Assembly: GCF_001194135.2 (NCBI RefSeq)
Contig: NC_069002.1
Coordinates: forward strand, 31,672,326 to 31,736,325
DNA from: Octopus bimaculoides
Taxonomy: Eukaryota
Direction of reading: 5' to 3'
Length of the DNA: 64,000 nucleotides
Below the pieces are notes generated by a model. It was given only the letters and a program-made list of their open reading frames with translations, was not told where the DNA came from and searched no databases. Position numbers and translations under genes: made by a program. Positions 24,717 through 37,102 of the stretch are shown in pieces; within the stretch, counting starts at the first letter, position 1, and each line of letters opens with the position of its first letter.

Positions 24717-26230
24717 CACACACAGAGAGTGTGTGTGTGAGAGAGAGAGACACACACNNNNNNNNNNNNNNNNNNNNNNNNNNNNNNNNNNNNNNNNNNN
24801 NNNNNNNNNNNNNNNNNNNNNNNNNNNNNNNNNNNNNNNNNNNNNNNNNNNNNNNNNNNNNNNNNNNNNNNNNNNNNNNNNNNNNNNNNNNNNNNNNNNN
24901 NNNNNNNNNNNNNNNNNNNNNNNNNNNNNNNNNNNNNNNNNNNNNNNNNNNNNNNNNNNNNNNNNNNNNNNNNNNNNNNNNNNNNNNNNNNNNNNNNNNN
25001 NNNNNNNNNNNNNNNNNNNNNNNNNNNNNNNNNNNNNNNNNNNNNNNNNNNNNNNNNNNNNNNNNNNNNNNNNNNNNNNNNNNNNNNNNNNNNNNNNNNN
25101 NNNNNNNNNNNNNNNNNNNNNNNNNNNNNNNNNNNNNNNNNNNNNNNNNNNNNNNNNNNNNNNNNNNNNNNNNNNNNNNNNNNNNNNNNNNNNNNNNNNN
25201 NNNNNNNNNNNNNNNNGAGAGAGAGAGAGAAAGAGTGTGTGTGTGTGTGTGTGTGTGTGTGAGTGAGTGAGAGAGAGAGTGTGTGTAATGGACTGATAGA
25301 TTAGTGACAAACAAAGTTTTTGAGAAGAGAGTCTAGATGTTTAAAGTGTTAAACAATTGAGATGATGATGATAGTGACGATGATGATCATAGAAATGGTG
25401 ATGATGATGGTGGTAGTGGTAGTGATGGTGGTGACGGCGCTGCTGATGATAACGATAGTGGTGGTGATGACGATGATAATGTTGAAGAGGATGATAGTAA
25501 CGACGGTGGTGATGCTGCTGCTGCTAATGATGAAGATGATCAAGACAGTTATGATAATGGTAAACGATGATGATGATGGTGGTGGTGGTGGCGGAGTAGG
25601 AAGAGTAAAGCAGCAGATGGGAAGAAAGCGGGGACGGGGGGGAGGAGAGAAAGGGTGGTTGATAGTCACGAGAGTTGCAATAGTTAGAAGCAGTAGTGCA
25701 GTGGGAGGAGGAGGAGGAGAAGAAGAAGGAGGAGGAGGAGGGCAGGTGCGTGTGCGTGCGTGGATGTAATTGCAAGGTGAAGGGGAGGTGACAGCAGGTT
25801 TTATTGATCAAAGCCGACCACCAGCTTCCCGAACGTCCTCTGATAGAATTACAAGTAGAAAGGATGCTGGCCGTCGCTGTCTATTAAAGACACAGCCACA
25901 CACACACACACACCAATTAATTGAGAATATACACCTATGCAGAAATAAAAAAAACGTGTATATTTATCCCACATTAACCTTTATATATACTCATACACAC
26001 GCATACATATACGCACACATATATATATATATACATAGATAAATGATGCGTGTGTAGAATATAATGTATACGGGCCGATACATAATAATAATAATAAAGA
26101 TAAAGTGAAAATGTTTAAGGAGATACTCTCAAGGAGAAAGAATCTTGTTCAAAGTAGGAATGAATGAAAATGGTCCAATGGAAGGTGTGTATAAGGTGTA
26201 CACACTCATGTATCTACTTGTGTGAGTGTG

Positions 26231-26300
<70 letters not shown>

Positions 26301-26344
26301 ATATATGGACATATATATGTGAATGTGTTTGTGTGTATATATAC

Positions 26345-26415
<71 letters not shown>

Positions 26416-26468
26416 TATAGGGCACGTTATAATCATGTACATACCTGCCCACACCCACACGTTTCTAT

Positions 26469-26503
<35 letters not shown>

Positions 26504-27160
26504 CACACACACAAACGCGCGCACTTACAAAAATATGTGTATAGGTTTATACGCAATATAGTCACCTGGATAGAAATAGTAAGCAGACATTCGTTATATA
26601 TACATATACATATATATACACACACGCACACATACATTCTCAGACTTGTGTACACATACCAAATAGGTGTATGCATATTTACGTCTATGTGTATACACAT
26701 ACATGTATTTATAGCGTTATGTATACACACACATTATTTACTGTACTTGTATACATATAAACGTACTCATATCTGTGTGTACTTACGTGTATGTATGTAT
26801 ATATACTGTATGTGTGTTTGTGTGTGTATGTACTTAAATAGCAGTTAATTTAAATATACGCATATGTCAAAATTGTGCTCGTATATAGATGTAGTGTATA
26901 GAACGCATACGCAGGTGCACATATTTGTAATAACATGTGTGACTATATAACGTGTGTTGAGACACGGAATGCAAACAGATTCACGAAACCATATAAGCAA
27001 ACAGACACACAATCTACACACATATACACACACACATGCAAAGTTGCCCAGCAAGATATCGCGTGTTGTTTAGCGTAATTATACACATGTCAAAAATATA
27101 CACTGGTATGCAAGATAGATACGTGTATATTTCGCAAACATGTGCCCATTATATGTGAAT

Positions 27161-27213
<53 letters not shown>

Positions 27214-28065
27214 NNNNNNNNNNNNNNNNNNNNNNNNNNNNNNNNNNNNNNNNNNNNNNNNNNNNNNNNNNNNNNNNNNNNNNNNNNNNNNNNNNNNNNN
27301 NNNNNNNNNNNNNNNNNNNNNNNNNNNNNNNNNNNNNNNNNNNNNNNNNNNNNNNNNNNNNNNNNNNNNNNNNNNNNNNNNNNNNNNNNNNNNNNNNNNN
27401 NNNNNNNNNNNNNNNNNNNNNNNNNNNNNNNNNNNNNNNNNNNNNNNNNNNNNNNNNNNNNNNNNNNNNNNNNNNNNNNNNNNNNNNNNNNNNNNNNNNN
27501 NNNNNNNNNNNNNNNNNNNNNNNNNNNNNNNNNNNNNNNNNNNNNNNNNNNNNNNNNNNNNNNNNNNNNNNNNNNNNNNNNNNNNNNNNNNNNNNNNNNN
27601 NNNNNNNNNNNNNNNNNNNNNNNNNNNNNNNNNNNNNNNNNNNNNNNNNNNNNNNNNNNNNNNNNNNNNNNNNNNNNNNNNNNNNNNNNNNNNNNNNNNN
27701 NNNNNNNNNNNNNNNNNNNNNNNNNNNNNNNNNNNNNNNNNNNNNNNNNNNNNNNNNNNNNNNNNNNNNNNNNNNNNNNNNNNNNNNNNNNNNNNNNNNN
27801 NNNNNNNNNNNNNNNNNNNNNNNNNNNNNNNNNNNNNNNNNNNNNNNNNNNNNNNNNNNNNNNNNNNNNNNNNNNNNNNNNNNNNNNNNNNNNNNNNNNN
27901 NNNNNNNNNNNNNNNNNNNNNNNNNNNNNNNNNNNNNNNNNNNNNNNNNNNNNNNNNNNNNNNNNNNNNNNNNNNNNNNNNNNNNNNNNNNNNNNNNNNN
28001 NNNNNNNNNNNNNNNNNNNNNGAGAGAAAGATAGATAGATAGATACACACACAGATAGATAGATA

Positions 28066-28111
<46 letters not shown>

Positions 28112-28839
28112 TATGTATATATACATATAGACAGACAAACACATACCTACACACATTTATACACTGTGATGTTAAGTCCGAAGTTAACCCTGATTTTGGG
28201 AGCCCTGTGATCAAATGCTTTCTAGCCGTGGCCATCAGGGGACCACCAAATCCAATATATCCCTCATTTTATCTAAGTGGGCATGTTGCGATTTGAGGGA
28301 TATTTGGCTGCTATTTGCGGAGGGTCCGTTGTCTGGTGTATGTGAGAGTGTATATCAGTCGAGGATGTATAAAACGGTAGATATAGTAAAAAAAAAAGAA
28401 GTGATTCTTGTTTCAGAGTGAACAACAGAATCTTGTGTTTGTTTTATTTCAGAGTAAATATCTTGTGTCACTAAAACAAAACAGTTAATTTGCAACCAGT
28501 TTTGGGTGTTTGGTCAAACAGTCCTAATTAAACAAGCACTTCTAATTGGGTGCTAATTAAAATTTAGCCACGGGACCCCATAGCAAAAGTAAACAACTGG
28601 TTTGAGTTTAAAAAGAAAGTAGGTGGTCCTTTATGGAGATGTTATTGCATTGGAATTAATCAATGATGTGTTGTTTGTTAGAAGGTGGAAGAATTCCTGT
28701 CAAGAACGGTCTATTCAGCCTGGGTCCAGTTTTTTTGAAGAGAACCCAAAGTAAAATTCAAAAACGTAGGGAAAAGAAGCATTGGAACCGGCCAGGATTC
28801 TTCATTTGGGTTTCGTTTGTCTTTTTTCTTGCGTTTGAA

Positions 28840-29290
28840 ACAGAAAATAAGCGGAGTCAAAGGACGGAAGGCATTAAATAAACGACGTGTTTTAAGAACG
28901 AAAATGAAAATAAACAAACGGCAGGAGTAAGAAGGATGAGACAAGAGAAGGGTGGCCGAAAACTGGGTCCGGTTTAATAGAGAAATGAATGGGAAATTGG
29001 ACCCCGAGTTTGTAACTGCTTTCTGTGAAGCCTGCTTTAGGAGGAGAAAACAACGGTTTAGACGGAATGACAGCATCGAAGAAGTGCATAAATGGCAAGA
29101 AAGTGTGAAAAGGCGAAGACTTACGAGTCGATATAAGAGAAAACGCCACGAAATCTACCTTTTGGACTGTTTTTTCCTATGTATCTTCCCTCCGAAAATA
29201 TTTTCTAAGTTCGTAGAGCTTCGCCATCTTGGGTCGGCCAACGTAAAGTGTTGGATTTCACCGAGCATGGCCATATAACGTGGGAGGAGG
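28840..29290. promoter_or_regulatory. CpG-rich unique segment, possible promoter or first exon
   Basis: CpG is visibly frequent against a CpG-poor background. The minus strand has a YY1-like CAAGATGGCG (29231-29222) and donor-like AAG|gtagat and CTC|gtaagt (intron start 29124). Confidence 0.4.
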
Positions 29291-29935
29291 AGAGATAGGA
29301 GAGCGGAGAGAGAGAGGGGGAAAAAGATAGACGGGGGTTTGAGAGAGAGGGGGAGAATTGAAAGAGAGTTGAAAATAGAATGGAGGAGTTAAGAGAGAGG
29401 GGAAGGAATTGAAAGAGAGGTAGAAAGAGATGGAGGAGTTAAGAGAGAGGGGGAGAATTGAAAGAGAGTTGAAGATAAGAGAGGGGTAGAGAGATAGGGT
29501 AGAGAGATAGGGGTAGAGAGAGAGGGGTAGAGAGAGAGGGCTGAGAGAAAGGAAGGAAACTTGAAAGAGAGTGAAAGACGGACGGAATGGGGGGCAGGGA
29601 GAGGAGAAAGACTCGAAAAAGAGTAAAGGAAAAGAGAGGGAAGGGTAAGAGACAGAGAAAGGGAAGAACAAAAAGAGAGTAAAAGATAGATAGATAGATA
29701 AATAGAGAGAGAGGAAGAGAGAAGCGGAGATGAAGTAAGAAGGATATAAATTAGAAAAACTGTATTGAGTGAGAGAGAAGAAAATGTGAACGCGGTGAAG
29801 GGGAGGCCGAGAGACTAAGAGAGAGGGGGAAGAAAAGAAAGAAACATACACACAGGAAATAGAAAGACTGTTTTGAGAGAGAGGGAGGGAAATATATANN
29901 NNNNNNNNNNNNNNNNNNNNNNNNNNNNNNNNNNN

Positions 29936-29992
<57 letters not shown>

Positions 29993-30620
29993 AGCAATTA
30001 ATAGAGAGATAAAGTAAGAGAGTATGAAATAGAAAGACTATGAATTAAGAAGGAGAGAGGTAAGAGGAAAAGCAAAATAGAAAGAGTATATAGAGAAAGG
30101 GGGGAAAGAGCGGAATTAGGGAGGCAGTAACAGAGGAGAGAGGGGGATATAGGGTTTGTTAAAGGGGTGAGAAGGAGAGTTACAGGCAATGAATGAAAGA
30201 GAAAGAGTCTGTTAGAGAGAGAGAGAGAGAGAGAGAGTAAAAGTGAACTGTGCTTAATAATTGTCGACTGAGGAAGGTAAATTGAATGCGAGGGAAGGAT
30301 AGAAAGGGAAAAAGAGTGAGAGAGAGAGAAGGAGAGGAAGAAAGAGAGAGAGAGAGAGAATGTAGACAACCCTTGGTTTACTATAGAGTGGGCGGAACTG
30401 GGGGGGGGGGACTGGAATAATATATGAGAGAGAGAGAGGAAGTAATTAGAGTAAATATAGAAAGTTGAAGAAATAGAGAAAGGAAATAACTCACATGTGT
30501 GTGTGTGTGCGTGTGTGATAGAAGATAGATAGAGAGGAAGAGTGTGAGAGTGAGAAATAGAAAGAGTATGTCCTGAGTAATGTAGGACGGGAGAGAAAGA
30601 TAGAGAGGGGAGGATGAAAA
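29281..30620. repeat. Extended polypurine (GA-rich) low-complexity tract with a ~50 bp internal duplication
   Basis: The plus strand is overwhelmingly A/G. gagagagggggagaattgaaagagag recurs near 29343, 29393 and 29443. Confidence 0.85.
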
Positions 30621-30699
30621 GGAAAAGGAATGGATATAAGAAGAGAAAGAAAAGAAACACACACAGACATATATATATATATATGTGTGTGTGTGTGCT

Positions 30700-30736
<37 letters not shown>

Positions 30737-30826
30737 GGGGGGGGGNNNNNNNNNNNNNNNNNNNNNNNNNNNNNNNNNNNNNNNNNNNNNNNNNNNNNNN
30801 NNNNNNNNNNNNNNNNNNNNNNNNNN

Positions 30827-30873
<47 letters not shown>

Positions 30874-32546
30874 AATATGTAAATGAGAGAGAGAGACTTG
30901 GCAGCAGGTCTGGTGGGAGTGGCTTAAAACCTAAACATGACATTCACTAACAGTTGTTTTAGAGAGAGTGAGAGAGAGAGAGCGAGGGAGGGGAGACAGC
31001 TGCTGCTGCTGTTGCTTTTTGGTGCAACTGTTGGTGCTGGTGGTGTTACTATATTTACGACAGCAGTAGAATTACAGCAGTGTCTGCTGCTGCTGTTGGT
31101 AGATTTATTACAGCAGCAGCAGACGAACAGTAGTAGCAGCAGCAGCCGCATCTCTCATCACTTACAAACGTTGATAAATTATTATTATTATCATTATTAT
31201 TTCACTGCCATACTACAACAACAACTACTACTACTACTACTACTACTACTAATTTGTACACATACTGGTTTTGTTTGTTTAATAGTAAAAACAAAAACAC
31301 TTAAACATAGTATTGTATTACAATTGTGTAGTTATCATAAATGCATCCATATACGCTATATATATATATATNNNNNNNNNNNNNNNNNNNNNNNNNNNNN
31401 NNNNNNNNNNNNNNNNNNNNNNNNNNNNNNNNNNNNNNNNNNNNNNNNNNNNNNNNNNNNNNNNNNNNNNNNNNNNNNNNNNNNNNNNNNNNNNNNNNNN
31501 NNNNNNNNNNNNNNNNNNNNNNNNNNNNNNNNNNNNNNNNNNNNNNNNNNNNNNNNNNNNNNNNNNNNNNNNNNNNNNNNNNNNNNNNNNNNNNNNNNNN
31601 NNNNNNNNNNNNNNNNNNNNNNNNNNNNNNNNNNNNNNNNNNNNNNNNNNNNNNNNNNNNNNNNNNNNNNNNNNNNNNNNNNNNNNNNNNNNNNNNNNNN
31701 NNNNNNNNNNNNNNNNNNNNNNNNNNNNNNNNNNNNNNNNNNNNNNNNNNNNNNNNNNNNNNNNNNNNNNNNNNNNNNNNNNNNNNNNNNNNNNNNNNNN
31801 NNNNNNNNNNNNNNNNNNNNNNNNNNNNNNNNNNNNNNNNNNNNNNNNNNNNNNNNNNNNNNNNNNNNNNNNNNNNNNNNNNNNNNNNNNNNNNNNNNNN
31901 NNNNNNNNNNNNNNNNNNNNNNNNNNNNNNNNNNNNNNNNNNNNNNNNNNNTATATATATAATTACGCACCCATAGTTTACTGTTTATTTTGTGGTACAA
32001 TAACATACAAGTCTTCCAATCAATACAACCTTTTGTTAGAAGCGTGAATATGTAGTCTAAAAGATATCAATGTTTTACATTCCCAAAACCCTGGTTTCGT
32101 TCAGTTTGTCTCTTCAGAAAAATTGTCTAAGTTACCAGATTAAAAAGAAATCAAATAACTCTAAGTAGTGTAAGTTGTATGAATTATAGGAGTCTGCAAA
32201 CAATTGTCATGTATCTGGGACTTCCTATTTTGAAATTTATGAAGAAGAATTGGGCATATATTGACAAGTCAAAACTAGTTCACTCCTTTTTTTCATTTTT
32301 TAAAATTTTATTTCAGACTATGGTATTGTGTGAAATGATCAAATTTTCTATAGGACAGAACTTGCAGCATTTTGATTCCTTCTAAATGCCCATCCATCAT
32401 CTAATAGTGCCATGTGGTGCTGGTTATTATTCCTTTGGCTTCCAAATAGCCTTTGAAAGTGTTGTGGTGGAGTTTTCTGATACAGATAACTTCTGAAGAA
32501 ATGCTCTGCATGTCTTACGTAGCTTGCTTATGGTAGAAACATTTTT

Positions 32547-32868
32547 TTGCCAGTGCCCCTGGACTGGCTCTTGTGCGGGTGGCACATAAAATACACCATT
32601 TTGAGCGTGGCCGTTGCCAGTACCGCCTGACTGGCCTTCGTGCAGGTGACACGTAAAAGCACCCACTANNNNNNNNNNNNNNNNNNNNNNNNNNNNNNNN
32701 NNNNNNNNNNNNNNNNNNNNNNNNNNNNNNNNNNNNNNNNNNNNNNNNNNNNNNNNNNNNNNNNNNNNNNNNNNNNNNNNNNNNNNNNNNNNNNNNNNNN
32801 NNNNNNNNNNNNNNNNNNNNNNNNNNNNNNNNNNNNNNNATGATGATGATGATGATGATGATGATGAA
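32547..32868 (+). mobile_element. Family C copy spanning an assembly gap
   Basis: The body at 32547-32668 is nearly identical to the start of 19438-19725. The (GAT)n tail resumes after the gap. Confidence 0.75.
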
Positions 32869-32889
32869 AATAATTCTTTCTACTATAGA

Positions 32890-33360
32890 TATAAGGGTGA
32901 GTAAGGGGGCTAGTCATTTGCATCGACCCCAGAGTGTAACTGGTACATATTTCAAGGACCCCGAAAAGATGAAGGACAAAGTTGACCTCAGTGGAATTTG
33001 AACTCAGATTGTAAAAACAGTCAAAATGCTGCTATGCATTTTGCCCAGCATATTAACAATTCTGCCAGCTCACCGCCTTATGATGAGAAAATGGGTAACG
33101 GGTGTATATGCCATATTTTGGTAGTTTTGTGTTCTTGCATCACCACCCACCTAACCTCTTGCTGCCTTTAATAAAATAATAACTCTTGTGCATTTTGGCA
33201 CAAAGTTTGCAATTGTAGAAGAGGGAGTAAGTCGATTCCATCAACCCCAGTATTTGACTGCTACTTATTTTATCGACTGCAAATGGATAAAAGTCGACTA
33301 TGGTGGGATTTGAACTCAGAATGCAAAGCTTGAAGAAATGCTGCTAAGCATTTAGTCTGG
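32890..33360 (-). mobile_element. Two diverged SINE family B copies
   Basis: atcgaccccag...ggtac...tttgaactcaga motifs occur at about 32890-33080 and 33225-33360. Confidence 0.65.
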
Positions 33361-33487
33361 CTTTTGGAACATAAAAATAACAACAGCAACAACAATTTCC
33401 AGCATAGGTACAGGGCTTCAAATCTGGGAGAGAATTAAGGTTGGCCCTCTATTTCGCTATACAGGGAAGCTTAGTGGTAAGGTTGGT

Positions 33488-33655
33488 TAGTGGCTTAGCG
33501 GTTAAGGTGTTGGACTCATGATTGTAAGATTGTGGTTTCAATCCCTGGACCAGGTGAAGCATTGTGTTCTTAAGCAAAACACTTCATTTCACGTTGCTCC
33601 AGTCCACTCAACTGGTAAAGATCAATAATTTTGCGACAGACCAGTGACCTGTCCA
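33488..33655 (+). mobile_element. tRNA-headed SINE family E, 5' part
   Basis: gtggcttagcggttaaggtg (A box), ggtttcaatccc (B box) and ttaagcaaaacacttcatttcacgttgctccag. Confidence 0.65.
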
Positions 33656-33691
33656 GTGAGGCATGTATGTATGTATGTGCATATGTATGTG

Positions 33692-33737
<46 letters not shown>

Positions 33738-33747
33738 GTTTATTCCT

Positions 33748-33981
33748 CTTTTACTTGTTTCAGTCATTTGACTGCGGCCATGCTAGAGCATCGCCTTTAG
33801 TCGAAGAAGTCTACCCCAGGACTTATTCTTTGGAAGCCTAGTACTTATTCTATCGTTCTCTTTTGCCGAACTGCTAAGTTACAGGGATGTAAACACACCA
33901 GCATCGGTTGTCAAGCGATGGTGGTGGTGGTGGTGGTGGGGACAAACACAGACGCACAAACATATACACAAGTATACATAC

Positions 33982-34012
<31 letters not shown>

Positions 34013-34195
34013 CGTGTGTGTGTGTGCGTGTGTGTGTGTACGATGGTCTTCTTTCAGTTTCTGTCTACCAAAATCCACTTACAAGGCTTTGGTCTGGTCG
34101 AGGCTATAGTAGAAGATACTTGCGCCCAAGGTGCCACACAGTGGGAACGAAATCGGGCCCATGTGGTTGGGAAGCAAGCTTCTTACCACACAGCT
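33748..34195 (-). mobile_element. SINE family A, near full length
   Basis: Aligns to 3863-4241 with an expanded TG tract. Confidence 0.85.
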
Positions 34196-34590
34196 ACATA
34201 TACATATATTTAAATGGTATTTTATTATTTTTGAAAAACCTTGGGTTTATTAATGAAGTGGGAACAGGTGTAATTAATGAGGTCTGTCATTTGCTTGTAT
34301 AAAATAATCAAATTGAGTAATGTGAACTAATCTATACTTAACGAGAACGTTCTTTCATGAATCTGCAAATTTGAAAGGTAAAGTTGACTTCAGGTGTTTT
34401 TTTGTGTTTTTTTTTTTTCGATCTTAATGGGTCACACTTAAAAACAGCTTTTCAAACTGAAAAACTAACTTGCAACTTTGCTGCAGTAGTAGTTTAGCTA
34501 CAGGTCAATAATGATCAAACAAAGCTTTCCCATTAACGGGTATGCCAACCACGACCACCTTGTCTACTGTATTAAGGTGTCACAGCTTAC

Positions 34591-34632
34591 CTTGAATTCT
34601 GCACCTTGGCAATTTATATTCCAAAAACTTGA
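34591..34632 (-). other. Candidate 42 nt internal exon
   Basis: The minus strand reads gtttcttcctag|TCAAG...TTCAAG|gtaagc. Length is a multiple of 3 and two frames are open (SSFWNINCQGAEFK or KFLEYKLPRCRIQ). Confidence 0.2.
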
Positions 34633-34964
34633 CTAGGAAGAAACGGCATCGATATATGCTTTGATCAATATTAAGGAGCTTAGGTGAAAGGACCCATTTA
34701 ATGCCTTGTTCAGAGGCATGTAAAAGGGAGATAAATCCTGTCAAATATCTTGGAGTAATCTTTCCTTGTTATTGACGCCATGTATTTTGGTGTGTATATA
34801 TGTGTGCCTGCATCTGTGTGTGCCTACTTATTGACGTATGTATATAGGTTATGTGTGTATGAGTACAAGCGCGTTTATAAGGAAACTTCTTACCACAAGG
34901 CCACGGTTATATATAACTATGTATATGATGTGTGTGTGTATATATATATATATATATGTATAAG

Positions 34965-35300
34965 GACACCTTTCAGTCATGAATAATCATAGGATTAGAC
35001 TTACAAAGTTCCCCTCCGAGGTACAAGTCTGGGCAAGGTTGTTTTATGGAAGACCAGCAGTCATCCATGCATATCAGCCCACACCACTCTCTCCCACACC
35101 ACTGATGTTAGCTGAGCAAAAGGCAAAAGGGCTGATACAGCTTGGCACCAGTGACATCACATCTCATTTCTCCACGCGAGTAAACTGGAGCAACGTGGAA
35201 TGAAGTGCCTTGCTCGTGAACACAATGCACAGCCCTGTTAGAGAATCGAACTTACTAGCTCATGACTGTGAGCCTGATGTTCTAACCTCTAGCCTTCACA
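34965..35300 (-). mobile_element. SINE family E, diverged, near full length
   Basis: Contains the reverse complement of the head and body seen at 33488-33655 (ctggagcaacgtggaatgaagtgccttgctc). Confidence 0.6.
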
Positions 35301-35334
35301 TATTTACCATATATATATATATATTTATATATAT

Positions 35335-35580
35335 ACTGGAGTAAGCACATAAATGTACAACAAGGTGGAAAAAAGAGTACTCAAATACCAGAGGTAGAGT
35401 AATATGCCTTATTTAAAAGCAGCAGAAATATAACAAAAAACTGTTCCCGTTCATCAGACAGTTTTGTTAGAAATGGGAAAGAAATTATTTCTTTCCCATT
35501 TCTAACAAAACTGTCCGATGAACGGGAACGTGAAACTCCGAGTAACAGCTTTTTGTTATATTTCTGCTGCTTTTAAATAA
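35335..35580. mobile_element. Penelope-like pseudo-LTR remnant forming a long palindrome, within (TA)n
   Basis: Arms at about 35409-35483 and 35487-35580 are reverse complements, apart from a short segment missing from the left arm. (TA)n lies on both sides. Confidence 0.65.
35511..35548 (+). ncRNA. Minimal type I hammerhead ribozyme motif
   Basis: Stem I ctgt 35511-14 pairs with acag 35545-48. Core CCGATGA at 35515-21; the antisense arm preserves the canonical CTGATGA. Stem II acg-GGAA-cgt, GAA at 35532-34, stem III actc-c-gagt, triplet GUA ending at 35544. Confidence 0.7.
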
Positions 35581-35581
35581 A

Positions 35582-35624
<43 letters not shown>

Positions 35625-36988
35625 CCTGTGCAGTCAGTAATTACTCAGGGTAGGCAGTTGTTGACGTTTATGTAGTAAAACAGAAAAGAAATAAGCAAAA
35701 TACAGGTGCACAGCAGAGTTGGAGGCAGATTTACTTCTGCCTTTATAGCACGTAAAGAAAACATTGTTGTAGGAATGGACACAGCACAGGTACTACAGCA
35801 GTACTATGCATAGCTTTAATACTGAGATTAAAAGGTAGGGGCAAATTATGCTTACCTAATCTACAAAAGAATAAAATGTTTTGCATTTTATGCATATTAA
35901 TCAGAGTAACCTTCGTAATTTTATTGAATTCTTTGTATATTTTGCCATAAATGGAAAATGTTACCATTGATCTATCATTTTCAGGGTAGGCACTGTTTTC
36001 CTTGCCTACCTAGGTGGCATGCATGTATGTATGCCTGTGCACATGTATTAGTGTGTGTGCACGTGTATGTATGTGTATAGATGTACTATATATGTGTGTG
36101 TGGAGGGGGTGTTCTCTTCTGTTTTTGATTATTTGAAGTATTCCTGTAAGGAAGGATATAGTGTGTGAACCTATTAATATATGTATATATATATATATAT
36201 AAGCATGTACGTATAATGTATATATATGTATAATGTATATATATATATAATGTATATATATATATAATGTATATATATACATGTGTATAGAAATGCATGT
36301 ATGTGAGCATGTTTGTAGAAAGATATATATGTCATCAGCTGATTTTTTTTAAGAGTCATCTCAGAGCAAATGGGCATATGATTGCAAGAAGTTTGACTGA
36401 CCAAACTGACAAAACAACCATTGTGTTTACAATTGTTTTTTATTTGTTTTTGGAACCTGTTTTGGGTGGAATGCAGAAATATAGGTTTACGTCCTTCTTA
36501 ATTAACAATTACCATTCTCTGAGTCAGAAAATATATTTATATTTTACAAAATAAATTTGCTTTTTTCTTGTTCTTCACTGCTTACACACAAGCGCGTGAG
36601 CACGCGCGCGCGCACACACACACACAGACACACACATAGATGTGTGTGTGTGTGCCTGTGTATGAGTATATACCTACCTACACACACACACACACGCACA
36701 TATATGTATATAATATTATTATTAAGTTTGAAATCAGAAAGATCTAATGGATACAAGTTTATTTGTTATTTAATTAACATATTCACCATTAATTTGTATC
36801 CATTAGATCTCTCAGTTTTCAAACTCGGTAATAATATTTGATATTTTACGACATTTTATATAATATATTCATTGAAGACATATCGCTTCAAAATACAATA
36901 TATTAAACCAGTGTATCTTGGATAAAAATATCCCTATAAGAGGTCCAAATATCCTCATTGTGACTATATATGTGTGTACGTGCATGCA

Positions 36989-37056
<68 letters not shown>

Positions 37057-37102
37057 TATAGATAGACAGATAGATAGATATATGTATATACATATATAAA
37101 TA

